A DNA stretch of 64,000 nucleotides from Octopus sinensis (GCF_006345805.1 NC_043013.1:29636001-29700000); one strand, 5' to 3'. Shown: positions 49,731-62,444, counted from the first letter of the stretch. Notes: a model not told the origin generated them from the letters alone. A program made the numbers and translations.

Positions 49731-50364
49731 ATTAGTTGTTTCATTTTCTGGAAATTTAAAATGCTTTTGTTATAGTTTTTGTTTACTAAGGTTGAAAATA
49801 TAATGTAATTACATACACAAATAAAATACAGTTATTTGTGCATTTCAAACAGAAACAAGACATATTGAAATAAAAAAAAAAAGGAGAGAAAGTACAAATC
49901 CTTTGCTCCAAATCCCCTAACCCTAATCATTTACTGATTTTGAACAAAATATTTTTTTCATAAATAAAAATAAATTTTGTTTGCAGATTTTGAAATGCTA
50001 ATCTTTGAAATTCAAAATATATACCTGAAGACCATTTTGGAGCGATTTTCAATTCTTAATCTCTGATGTTCAAAATAAATATCTGAAGATTATTTTGGAA
50101 CAAAGAGATGGTGATGGAGAGCGTAATGAAAAATGTAAACGTAGAGATCCATTAAACAAGAGCAATCCATGCTTAAATGAGTGTCAGAATTCGTTAGGGA
50201 GTTAAAATAATGGCAGTGTTAAAGCAGGGACAAATCTTTATTTTTTATTAATTTAAAAAAATAGATTTCCTTAACTACATGTTTTCTCATACTTGTCCTT
50301 CTGTCATACACTAACCCTTCATTATCAGGCACAAAGTCACTCCTTTCTATACCCACCCCACTCT

Positions 50365-50695
50365 CAAAGGATCTTTGTCTTACAAGTTACTTGCTGATGC
50401 CATGTAAAAAGCATCCAGTCCACTCTGTAAAGTGGCTACTGTTTGGAAAGGCATCCAGCTGTAGAAACCATGCCAAAGCAGACCTCACCAGTGTTGATGT
50501 TATGTAAAAAAGCCCCCAATCCACTCTCACTCTGTAAAATAGTTGGCATTAGGAAGGGTATCCAGCTCTGAAAACCATGCTAAAGCAGACAGTGGAGCTT
50601 GGCACAGTCCTCTTCCTTAATGGCTCTTGTCAAACTGTCCAACTGATGCCAGTATGGATGCCAGAAGCTAAATGTTGATTACGATGATGATGATG
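50365..50695 (+). mobile_element. Diverged RTE-type LINE 3' tail with a duplicated core
   Basis: Two GGCATCCAGCTG(T/C)..AAACCATG blocks and a (GAT)n end. Confidence 0.7.
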
Positions 50696-50986
50696 TCTAT
50701 ATATTTACAAAGTTTTCTGCATCAGTGGGCTTTGACCCAACAAGGCCCTGGTTTCTTTATACAGACTTCCTGTCCTAAAGTGATCAAAATTAAAACCTTC
50801 ATCAAAATTTCGTGTTTATTTGCATTCCAAACACCGATTCAATAATGTCAAAATTATTTTTAGAAATTCTTCATAGTTTTCAAAATTAATTGAAACAAAA
50901 GCAGTGTACAGTTCTATATTTGAGAGATGAGTAATTATGTACATTGTTACTAACCTCAAGATTCTGAGTTTGATTCCAGGCAGTGA

Positions 50987-51021
<35 letters not shown>

Positions 51022-51091
51022 TTAATAACAATATTAATAATAATATTAATAATAATAATAATAATAATAATAATGATAATAATAATAATAA

Positions 51092-52068
51092 TAATACCAC
51101 CTAATAAACATGAAGAAGAAGAAGATGAAGAAACAACAAAAGCTATAAAACAAATGAAATCCAAACTAAAAATAGAACAGCAACGAACCATGATAAAACG
51201 ATGGCAAGAAAAGCCCCTTCATGGTAAATACTGGACTAAACTAAACGCAAAAGAAATAGACAAAGAAAAATCCCAGCAATGGTTGAGAAGCTCAGGACTC
51301 AAAGCAGAAACAGAGGGATTTTTAATTGCAGCACAAGACCAAAGCCTCCCACCAGAAATTACCAAAAACATGTAATGAAAAGAAATATTACAAGTAACTG
51401 CAGAATATGTGGAGATGGACAAGAAACAATAAATCATATTATCTCTAGCTGCCCAGTCCTGGCTAAGAAGGAATATATTCACAGACATGACAGAGTTGGA
51501 ACCTACATACATTGGAAGCTATGCCAACATTATGGAATAACAACAGAAAAAAGATGGTATAGGCACACACCAGAAAAGGTCACAGAAAACGAGAAAGCAA
51601 CCATACTCTGGGATATGCCGATACACACAGATAGAGAAATTAAGGCCAACAGACCAGATATAGTTGTCAGAGATCATGAAGAAAAAAAATGCTTTCTAAT
51701 TGATGTATCAATACCGGCAGATGACAACGTGTCTCTAAAAGAAATGGAGAAACTTTCAAAATACAAAGACCTAGAAATAGAGGTAACTAGAATGTGGAAT
51801 CTGAAAACAGAAACAATTCCTATCATAGTAGGTGCATGAGGCATGATAAAAAAATATTCAGACAAATACATAACAAAAACACCAGGACTTACAAACACAT
51901 ATAACATACAGAAAAGTGCACTACTAGGCACTGCACACATCCTACGCAAAACACTTTCAATGCAGTAACCATCAGAGCATCACAACAAATCACAGCACAT
52001 ACCCAAGGCACACAGAGCTGTTCTCGGTAGTGAAGTGAAAGCACGCTGTAAAAATAAAACTACTGAAT
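51092..52068 (+). mobile_element. 5'-truncated R4/Dong-clade non-LTR retrotransposon (RLE type) in (AAT)n
   Basis: WQEKPLHGKY..WLRSSGLKAETEGFLIAAQDQSL, CCHC knuckle CRICGDGQETINHIISSC, RHDRV, and endonuclease RPDIVV..LIDVSIP..EKLSKYKDL. One -1 frameshift (about 51350), one TGA (51837), terminal TAA at 51966-51968, and (AAT)n on both sides. Confidence 0.9.
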
Positions 52069-52188
52069 AATAATAATAATAATAATGATAATAATAATAA
52101 TAATGATAATAATAATAATAATAATAATAACAACAATAACAATAATAATAATAATAATAATTATAATAATAATAATAAGAGCACTCAG

Positions 52189-52365
52189 AGATTCCAGGCA
52201 GTGACCTGAATAGTAATAATAGTAATAACATCGAAAAATACCTTAGGAATGAGAACCCAGGTTCGAAATTTCCCCAAGACACCTGATGAAGGCTGGAGAG
52301 TATATCAGCTGAAACATGTTAACAACAAAGATGAGGACAAATATCCATCAAATGTAAATAATAGA
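52189..52365 (+). mobile_element. SINE family D (tRNA-like head piece also at 50948-50995) with a hammerhead-like core
   Basis: GAGTTTGATTCCAGGCAGTGACCTG B-box-like head, (AAT)n, then CTGATGA-A-GGCTG..CAGCT-GAAAC at 52283-52315. Confidence 0.65.
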
Positions 52366-52499
52366 AATATGGCACCAAAAGATTTAAACTGTTTAAGTCA
52401 TTTTGCTTATATATTTAATTGCCATGGGAATTTCTAATATTGAAAGATCGGAAAAACATTTGACAATTGTTATTGATAAGTTTTGGTGTGCAACATTGA

Positions 52500-53725
52500 A
52501 GAATGGTGTAAGTTAATTACTTTGACTCCTGTGTTCAACTGGTGGTTATTTTATTAACCTTGAAAGGATGAAAGGCAAAGTCGACCTTAGCAGAATCTGA
52601 ACTCAGAACATAAAGACATATGAAATGCTGCTAAGTGTTAATGGTTGTGCCAGCTTACTGCCTTTTTGGTGTGTGAAGTTGGCAAGGTGGCAGAAATGTT
52701 AGCACGCCAGGTGAAATGCTTAGTGGTATTTCGTCTGCCGTTATGTTCTGAGTTCAAATTCCGCCGAGGTCGACTTTGCCTTTCATCTTTTCGGGGTCGA
52801 TAAATTAAGTACCAGCTACGCACTGGGGTTGATGTAATTGACTTAATCCATTTGTCTGTCCTTGTTTGTCCTCTCTGTGTTTAGCTCCTTGTGGGTAGTA
52901 AAGAGATAGGTATTTCATCTGTCTCTACTTCCTGAGTTCAAATTCTTCTGAGGTCGACTTTGCCTTTCATCCTTTCGAGGTCGATAAATTAAGTACCAGT
53001 TGTGCATACTTGGGTTGATCTAAGTGAATGGTTCCCCACTCCAAAAAAAGTTTGGGCCTTGTGCTTAGAGTAGAAAAGATTCTCTTTTTAAAAAGGCGGT
53101 GAGCTAGCAGAAACATCAGCACGCTGGGCAAAATGCTTAGCAGTGTTTTGTCTGTCATTACGTTCTGAGTTTAAATTCCACCTAGGTTGATTTTGCCTTT
53201 CAGCCTTTCGGGGGTCAATAAATTAAGTATGAGTTGCGTACTGGAGTTGATCTAATTGACTGGCACCCTTCCCCAAAATTTCAGGCCTTGTGCCTTGAGT
53301 AGAAAAGAATATGTTCATTGACAAAGGCAGGGAGCTGGCTGAAATGTTAGTACACTGGGCGAAATGCTTAGTGGTATTTCGTCTGCCGTTACATTGTGAG
53401 TTCAAATTCCGCTGAGGTCAACTTTGCCTTTCATCCTTTCGGGGTCGATAAATTAAGTACCAGTTACACACTGGGGTCGATGTAATCGACTTAATACCTA
53501 TGTCTGTCCTTGTTTGTCCCCTCTGTGTTTAGCCCCTTGTGGGTAATAAAGAAATAGGTATTTCATCTGTCTTTACGTTCTTAGCTCAAAATCTGCCAAG
53601 GTCGACTTTGTCTTTCATCCTTTCGGTGTTGATAATTTAAGTACCAGTCGCGTACTGGGGTTGATCTAATCAACTGGCCTCCTCCCCCCAAATTTCAGGC
53701 CTTGTGCCTAGAGTGGTAAAGAATA
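52500..53725. mobile_element. SINE B array: partial (-) 52500-52660, dimer 52685-53095, monomer 53095-53330, dimer 53330-53725
   Basis: Five + strand bodies GAGTTCAAATT..GTC(G)ACTTTGCCTTTCATCC with two alternative tails. Confidence 0.9.
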
Positions 53726-54721
53726 TTGGCATCAAATAAGAGCTATTTCAATTGTGTGTTGTTGCAGTCTTCTCAATTCGAAGTTGCTTACTCAATTGGC
53801 TTGAAAGACTTTTGGTGACAAATTTTTAAAAGTTTTATCTATGAAATTGCTGAAAATGCTGGAAGGAACTGTTTCAGTTTTATTCTAGACAACACAGATA
53901 TTAGTATTTCTGCTATTAGCAGCCATGGAATTTAGAATGAAGAAAGCAATACAAATGTAAACAAATGGGAAAAATCAATTCCATGCTGTAAACATGCCTG
54001 AGTCTTCAGGATCAATATTAGGACAACACAATAGTGACATAAAGATAAATATTTTAAATCTATATAAAATGATTATGGATGAGAAGAATAAGAATAATGT
54101 CAGATGTATGGAACAACATCATAATTAAAGTCTATGCTGCTATTAATTCCATGCAGGCTTTGGGCAGGAATTAATGGTGGCTTAATTGAGGTGTGGTGCA
54201 TTCATTGCTGATACCCCCACCCATGAGCTGACCGGATACAATTAATGTAGAGATGGAAGTCTATTTTGGTCAAATGATTGAGACTGGAATAAACCCTGTT
54301 CCTGCTTGTGATTTTTGTAGGTCAATGAACTTGTTCTGTCATGGTGTTTATCATTATCATCATCCTTCATCACTGCCTCCTCCTCCTCCTCCTCCTCCTC
54401 CTCCTCCTCCTCCCCCCTCCTCGCCATTGTCATCATCATCGTCATTCTTTCCTACTGCTCCTTCTGCTCCTTCTGCTCCTTTCTGCTCCTTCTGCACCTC
54501 CTGCTACTTCTACTCCTTCTGCTCCTTCTGCACCTCCTGCTCCTTCTGCTCCTCTTCCTCCCCCTCCTGCTGTTGCTGCTCTTCCTGCTGCTGCTGCTGC
54601 TGCTCCTCCACCTTCTCAACATTTCAACGTCCACATAACAGAGTTCCTTAAGACAGATTTTCTACAGCTGGATGCTCTTCCTGTCACCATCCCTTGCATG
54701 TTTCCAAACACCAGTAATACT

Positions 54722-55921
54722 TCCAGGTGTAAGCTATGGATGCATAAGAGGTGCAGCAATATCAAAGGGAGGCTAACTGGGAAGATAGTTTTTGTGTGTG
54801 GCAGATGCATAGGGGCAATAAACACTAAAAATGTGCAGAAAACAGCTTCCATCACATGCCAGGGGAAAAAGCTAGAAGTACTTGATAGCTTCCATTACCT
54901 AGGTAACCAAGTCAGTAGTGGGAGTGGATGCTCTGAGAGTGTAGCTGTTAAAATAAGAATTGTCTGGGCAAAGTTTAAAGAGCTCCTACCTCTGCTAGTG
55001 AAAGGTAGACTGTATGATGCATGTGGGCAAACAGCCATGCTACACGGCAGTGAAACATGGGCTGTAATTGCTGAGGACATGCGTAAACTTGCAAGAAATG
55101 AACCTAATATGCTCTGCTGGATCTGTAATGTCAGTGTGCATACACAACAGAGAGAAAAGTTGCATCAGATGTGGTGTGCTAGAGAGACGACTGTGCTGGT
55201 ATGTTCATGTGTTGTGTATGGATGAGTGCAACTGTGTGAAAAAGTGTCACATCCTAACAGTGGAGGGAACCTCTGGAAAAGGTAGGCCCAGGAAGACCTG
55301 AGATGAGGTAGTGAAGCATGACCTTAGAACATTGGGCCTGATGGAGGCAATGACAAGCTACTGAGACCTTTGGAAATATGCTGTGCTTGAGAAGACCCGG
55401 CAAGCCAAGTGAGACCATAGCTGTGGCCTATGCCGGTGTTGCTTAACCGGCCCATTTAAAAGTGCCCTTCAATCATTGGGTAACATACTATGCTTGAGAA
55501 GATCTGTTGAGTGAAGTAAAATCATTGTTGTGGCCGATGCCAGTACAGCCTGACTGTAAGCACCATTTGAGCATGGTCAATGCCAGTCCCACTGGACTGG
55601 CTCCTGTACCAGTGGCATGTGAAAAGCACCATTTGAGCGTGGTCATTGCCAGTGCTGCCTGGCTGGCTCCTGTGCTGGTGGCACATAAAAAGCACCATTC
55701 GAGTGTGGTCAATGTCAGTACCACCTGATTGGCTCCCATGCCAATGACACGTAAAAAGCACCCACTACATTCTTGGAGTGGTTGGTGTTAGGAAAGGCAT
55801 CTAGCTGTAGAAACATTGCTTGATCAGATTGGAGCTTGGTGCAGCCTCCTAGCTTGTCAGCCCTAAGTCAAACCATCCAACCCATGCCAGTATGGAAAGC
55901 GGACATTAAACGATGATGATG
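54722..55921 (+). mobile_element. 5'-truncated RTE-type LINE: PHD-like finger, RT C-terminal region, minisatellite 3' UTR, (GAT)n tail
   Basis: CKLWMHKRC..FVCGRC..LEVLDSFHYLG..RIVWAKFKELLPLL..GRLYDAC..AMLHGSETW, then (frameshift) RRLCWYVHV..GKGRPRKT*DEVVKHDL..DLWKYAV. UTR identical in type to the family C tails. Confidence 0.88.
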
Positions 55922-56879
55922 ATATATACACACACACTCATACATGCAACAGCATTCTTTCAGTTTCCATCTACGTAATCTGTTCACAAAGCTTTGGATA
56001 GCACAAGGCTTTTGTAGCAGGTACTTGTCCAAGTGGGATTGAACGCAAAACAATATGATTGGAAAATGAACTTCTTTACCAGATGGCCATGCCTTCATCA
56101 TAGACAAGATAGGAACTTTTGAAAAATATAGGTACTTGTTTTTATTTTACTGATACAACATCAAAATTTTTCAATGAATGTTCCTGATTATGATAAATTT
56201 TCTCATGAGTAATCTTGTGTGGATATATTGTTGAAATTTACAGGCCACCTGTGGAAGTTATGATTGATGAAGCTATTATTTATTAAAATAAACTCTGTTT
56301 AACCATTTGAAATAGTGGATTCTACTGAACTAAAGAAGAGGAATATCCAAGTTTGGGTTTGTACTATTCCACACAAGAGTTATTTGAGCGATTTCTTGAT
56401 ATATCTAGAGAAGAAAAATGCTTGTTTTCTAAGTTTATGTCAAAGGTGAATTTATAGGCAACTTATTAGAACATGTATTTTTATGTAGCTTCCAATGTTA
56501 TTGGAATAAACTTTTTTCTTTTCTTTGGACTTATTCCTAAACTGTTAAGGAAAAGAAGCTATCTTGTAGAATGGTATGTGTGAACAGGAAGAAGGTGAGG
56601 GAAAGTATTGGTTAAGTAGAATTAGTAGAACAAGGTGATATTATGAAATGCTTCAATCTCCTGTATACAAGTCAAACTTTTCTTACCAAAATTCACATCT
56701 CAAAAAGCTAGGTTGACTTATACACTATGACAACTTTGGAGGACCAAAAATTCCATATGAAATGCAGAAAGACTTTGAAAAGACGGTGATGATATTTGAA
56801 TGCTTACACTGTATGCTGTGCTGAAAATACAATATCAGAAATGTTACTTTGTTGCGACAATGGGAAAAGATAAAAGAAT

Positions 56880-57107
56880 CTAACCCTTTAGCATTTAAAC
56901 TGGCCTTGTCTGACCAAAATATTCTACCTATTTTATGTTCAAATTGACCAGACCTGGCCTCTCACACCTGTCCGACAATGTTGTTCTAAAAATAAGCAAT
57001 CCCATCATCAAAATCTTGAAGCTGTAAGATGATGCATCATTAATTCAATGCAATGTCAATAAATAAATGTTACATTTGACGGAGTAATCTGAATGCTAAA
57101 GAGTTAA
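56880..57107 (+). mobile_element. piggyBac-type MITE (family of 28691-28918)
   Basis: (C)TAA|CCCTTTAGCATTTA ... GAATGCTAAAGAG|TTAA. Confidence 0.8.
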
Positions 57108-57627
57108 TGCTTTTATCTATGAATGCAATCATTGAGAAACAACGTACAACCAAGGGACAGAATAAGTTTGAAGAAAAATTATTTGCTTCTCAATCATTAC
57201 TCTTCACAACAGAATATGAATGAAGTAGATTATACTGATCAGTTCCAACCTAGTTATAACTTAAGAAGAAATACAGTTTTATTCAATGTATTCGTTGCTA
57301 ATGCATATGCACTGATATGTGAAAGGGAAAGTCACTTAATATCAATGAACAGCAACAACAATCAATGAGGATGATTTAAACTAGAGTTCCAGATGAAATG
57401 CCTCATCGGCATCTCAGATATTTTGCTTGGAAATGGAAAGGAAAGCTGAAATAGCATTTCAAGTGTTTCAAACAAACCACTGGCCATATAATTTGGTGAA
57501 GAAACAACCTGTAATCATTGCTTAAGGTGTGTTAAACAACATGAGTCTGTGACTGGTTGAAGCATTTCCCGGCTAAACTTGTGTATAGTTTGTATGTTTT
57601 AGGGTTTAGCAACCTTGCCATTAAGCA

Positions 57628-58040
57628 CAGATGTGGCTGTGTGCTAAGAAACTTACCTCTCAATCACATGGTCCCGAGTTCAGTCCTACTGCATGGTAAC
57701 TTGGGCAAGCATCTTCTACTGTAGCCTTGGGCCAACCAAAGCCTCGTGAGTGGATTTGGTAGATGGAAACTGAAAGAAGCCTGTCATAGGTATTTGTATA
57801 TATCTGTGTGTATGTGTGTGCCTTTGTGTCTGTGTTTGTCCCCCACCATTGCTTGACAGCTGGTGTTGGTATGTTTACATTCCTGTGACTTAGCGGTTTG
57901 ATGAAAGAGCCCAATACAATAAGTACCAAGGTTTAAAAAAATAAGTCCAGGATCGCTTTATCTGACTAATAAACCTTTCAATGTGGTGCCCCAGCATGAC
58001 CACATTCAAAAATGACTGAAGCAAGTAAAAGATAAAAGAA
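57628..58040 (+). mobile_element. SINE family A, diverged full length
   Basis: Head, core and tail recognisable. Confidence 0.85.
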
Positions 58041-59103
58041 AAGATAGAAAATGTTTTTATTTGTAGTTTGTAAATTTTCAATTTAAAAAGAAGTTATTAA
58101 AGTTTTGAGTTTCAATTGATTATATTTTGTTAAATTTTATGCTGCTTTATATGTTTTTATATGCTTTCTTTCAGGTTTCTTTTCATTGTATTTTACCTAA
58201 AAATTCTATATTATATAAAAAGTTTTTACATAAAATTTTTTCACTTTATCTAAATTATATTTGCAGCATCTGAACATTGCTTTTCTATTTTTTTTTCATT
58301 TAAAATTTCATGCAGAGATTTTTCAAAGAATTCAATTGGAACATTGGGAAGTGTTTGCCTATGGTAGACATCTGTGACTAGTGAGATGGATGCTGTTAAT
58401 GTTCTTCTTGTAGTGTTGCAAGGCTTTAGACCTAACAAAAATTCTTCATAAAATCCATTACTTGAATGTTACAGGAAGAGTAAGCAAGAATCTATTATGC
58501 ATGAGGTGGCGGCAGTGGTGGTGGTTCTAGTAGTGGTAGTAGCAGTGATAGTGGTTGTAGTTAGTATTTGTAGTCACCACTGCTGTTTAGCTCCCTAATC
58601 AGTTAAGATCCAGAAGACCTGTGGTCAAAATTATTCTGGCCCTGACCATCTCAATTTTTTATTTTTTATTTTCTATTTTTGGAATATTTATGGAGTACAT
58701 CATCTAATGTGCAGGTTTTTTTTTTTTTTTTGATTATGGTAGTGTGGGATTTGAAGAAGACACGGCTACCATTTTTGGAAGCATGTATGTATTTTTATTG
58801 AGAAGAAGATGGTGGAAGGAATGTAGGAAATTGATCAACAATGGAGCAGCAAAATCCTCCTAAGAAATTGAATTTGATTTGGTAAAATTAAAGAAGCCAC
58901 AGAAAATAAAATGCAAACAATAGGCCTAACAATCAGAATGAAAGACTATGAAAATATGTTCTTTATTGTTGTTATTGTTGTTCAACCACAAGGATGCTGT
59001 TAGTGAGCAGACTTATGATCACACCCATTCTAACAGTGACCATCCTGCCTGTTTTTTCTGACAGTTTGTTTCTGTATATATTATCTAATATGTCCTTCTT
59101 CTT

Positions 59104-60588
59104 TTAACCCATCAGTATTTAAACCAGCCATATCCAACCCAAATATTAAAACTGTTTTATATCTAAACTGACCAGATCTCTCTTCTCACACCTACTCTGC
59201 ACTGCCATTGTAATAATATACAATCGCATCTACGAACCACATGGTTCTGGGTTCAGTCCCACTGCGTGGCACCTTGGGCAAGTGTCTTCTACTATAGCCT
59301 CAGGCTGACCAAAGCCTTGTGAGTGGATTTGGTTGACGGAAACTGAAAGAAGCCTATTAAAATAGACAAAATAGATGAACATCAATGGAATTTGTATCTT
59401 GTGGTACCAGTGCCTGTGGCACACAAGAAATCCATCAGTGCCGTAGTCAGTGCGGTGGGCACATGACAAACACCATCCGATCGTGGCCGTTCGCCAGCCT
59501 CATCTAGCACCTGTGTCGGTGGCACATAAAAACACCATCCGAAGACCCGGCAAGACTAGTCAGGCATAACCCATGGCCCCTACCTGGGACGTAGTCAGTC
59601 CACCTGTGCATACCTCCTTCTTGTGACACTTGTGAAGACTGTTGAGGCAAGTGAAAACCAATCAATCAAAACAAATCAAATAGATGAACATCAATGGAAT
59701 TTGTATCTTTGTGGTACCAGTGCCGGTGGCACGTGGCACATAAGAAAACCATCCGAACGTGGCCGTAGCCAGTACCGCAATCGACTGGCCCCGTGCTGTG
59801 GGCACGTAACAAGCACCATCCGATCGTGGCCGTTTGCCAGCCTCATCTGGCACCTGTGTCGGTGGCACATAAAAAACACCTCCGAGTGTGGCCGTCTGCC
59901 AGCCTCATCTGGCACTGTGTCGGTGTGCACATAAAAACACCATCCGAGCGTGGCCGTATGCCAGCTCGTCTGGCACCTGTGTCGGTTGGCACATAAAAAA
60001 ACCCATCCGAGCGTGGCCGTCTGCCAGCCTCGTCTGGCACCTGTGTCGGTGGCACATAAAAAACACCATCCGAGCGTGGCCGTTTGTCAGCCTCGTCTGG
60101 CACCTGTGTCGGTGGCACATAAAACACCCACTACACTTCGGAGTGGTTGGCGTTAGGAAGGGCATCCAGCTTAGAAACAGCCAGATCTGACTGGACTGGT
60201 GCAGCTTTCGGGCTCCCCAGACCCCAGTTGAACGTCCAACCCATGCTAGCATGGAAAGCGGACGTTAAATGATGATGATGATGATGATGATATATATGTG
60301 TGTGTGTGTGTATATGTTTGTGCATCTGTCTTTGTTGCGCCAACATCGCTTGACAACCGATGCTGGTGTGTTTACGTCCCCATAACTTAGCGGTTCGGCA
60401 AAAGAGACTGATAGAAAAAGTACTAGGCTTACAAAGAATAAGTCCTGGGGTCGATTTGCTCAACTAAAGGCAGTGCTCCAGTATGGCCACAGTCAAATGA
60501 CTGAAACAAGTAAAAGAGTAAAGAGTAAGAGCAATGTATATAAATAAGCATTACATTTGACGGAGTAACCTGAATGCTCCAGGGTTAT
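59104..60588 (+). mobile_element. Triple nest: piggyBac MITE (59104-59230 and 60531-60588) > SINE A (59235-59357 and 60292-60530) > RTE 3' UTR (59360-60290)
   Basis: The split halves of the outer elements are complementary parts of intact copies elsewhere in the window. Confidence 0.8.
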
Positions 60589-60964
60589 TACAGGTGATAG
60601 AATGTGATTTGAGGCAGACAGCAACCACATGGAAGTTCCTTCTTGAGGGTCCTTCCATGAGTTAGGTTGTCTTCTACATGAATAACAAAAGAATCTAACA
60701 TTAGCTTACATGAATCAATTCAGTTTAAGAACAGTTGTACAAAGACATTACAGACTTGTGTGTACCATAGAGGCACATTGAGAAGCAATGCTTGTGAGTC
60801 TATTTCTTGATTCAGTGTAGCATGTTTCATCAAAATATCCAGTAGTCGTGGTTGTTTAGTCAAGAAATTCATTTTGCATCTTTAATGTTTTGTGTTTGGT
60901 CTTACTCTTTAGCATCTTGGATAAGTGTCTTCAATCATAGTTTCAGGTTGGCAAGTGCCCTGTG

Positions 60965-61353
60965 AGGCAGTGAGCTGGCAGAAACGTTAGCATGCCAGGC
61001 GAAATGCTTAGCGGTACTTTGTCTGCTGAGGTTGACTTTGCCTTTCATCCTTTCGGGGTCGATAAATTAAGTACCAGTTATGCATTGGGGTCAATGTAAT
61101 TGACTTACCCGTTTGTCTGTCCTTGTTTGTCCACTCTGTGTTTAGCCCCTTGTGGGCAGTAAAGAAATAGGTATTTCATCTGTCGCTATGTTCTGAGTTC
61201 AAATTCCGCCGTGGTCGACTTTGTCTTTCATCCTTTCGGAGTCGATTAAATAAGTACCAGTTACGCACTGGGGTCGATATAATCGATTTAATCCGTTTGT
61301 CTGTCCTTGTTTGTCCCCTCTGTGTGTAGCCCCTTGTGGGCAGTAAAGAAATA
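60965..61353 (+). mobile_element. SINE B dimer
   Basis: Two bodies joined at AAAGAAATAG|GTATTTCATCTG (61161-61182). Confidence 0.9.
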
Positions 61354-62173
61354 AGTGCCCTGTGAGTGGACTCTAGTAGACATTTACTATATGGAAATCA
61401 GTCAGTGGAACTGTTTTAATTCGTGCATAGTTTAAGATCCAGCCATTAGGTACCTTGAGCAGAGTCCATTCTGAAGACAATATCCTCCTCTCTCTCTGTG
61501 ACTAGCCTTGAAACTCCTTAAAAAGGTCAAAGGTTACCCCTTCCTCCACTGACTAAGCCATGGAATAAATACAATTTTTTAAAGATATATTTGACCTCAA
61601 TGGCACAGGAAAACTGCTTTCTATAGATTTGGTCAGTTACTTTCAACTTGTTAGTACTTATGAATCTCCAACTGTTTTAGAAATGTAAAAACGCTGTGGA
61701 ATTTTCGCATATTCATGGGCCACATGCTAGCAAACACTTAACCAGACATCATTTTTCCCAGACAGAAATGACAATCATATTGACACAGTAATACCAAATG
61801 ACTATAATATTGGACAGAAGTAAGCTGAAAGGCAACATTAACTTAGCTATTTCATTATAGATTTTATGGCATGTAAGTGGTTATATTATTGATAAGTAGG
61901 TGCAACTTGAGAGATACTCAGGCATTTCTTTAAAGACTTGTGACAGGTCACCTATAAGGATAGACATATTCAAGATCTAGGAATTAGTAGTACTACACTT
62001 TGTGGTAAATATGGACTATGTTACCAAACTGCAGCTTCATACAGTTGACCGATCACAGAAGGTCTGAAGGAAATAGGATAATTCTAAGCAGTTTAAGTGG
62101 CATTATTGATTGTTTTTTTTATCTGCGACACAATGGATTGAGGATTGTCTTTGAAATTCTCAAGGAAGAATTT

Positions 62174-62374
62174 AGGCATATTGAAATTTTATACACTTAC
62201 ATGTATGTATGTATGTATGTATGTATGAGTGTGTGTGTGTGTGCATGCATTTATGTATGTGTGTGTGCATGCATTTATGTAGGCATATTGAAATTTTATA
62301 CACTTACATGTATGTATGTATGTATGTATGTATGAGTGTGTGTGTGTGTGCATGCATTTATGTATGTATATATG

Positions 62375-62390
<16 letters not shown>
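62174..62390. repeat. 107-bp tandem duplication including microsatellite
   Basis: AGGCATATTGAAATTTTATACACTTACATG at 62174 and 62281. Confidence 0.9.
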
Positions 62391-62408
<18 letters not shown>

Positions 62409-62444
62409 TGTATCTATCTATCTATCTATCTATCTAACTATCTC

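Noticed and set aside
49166-49803. Overlapping 128-189 aa ORFs
   Set aside because: (ATGT)n/(GT)n repeat translations.
59800-60130. Regular repeat array superficially like CRISPR
   Set aside because: Eukaryotic context, no unique spacers and no cas genes; it is the RTE 3' UTR minisatellite.
56316-61850. Exon-like segments in B9D1 intron 3 (about 56316-56445, 58316-58363, 61762-61819)
   Set aside because: Inclusion would frameshift or create an immediate stop, donors are mostly weak, and there is no homology.
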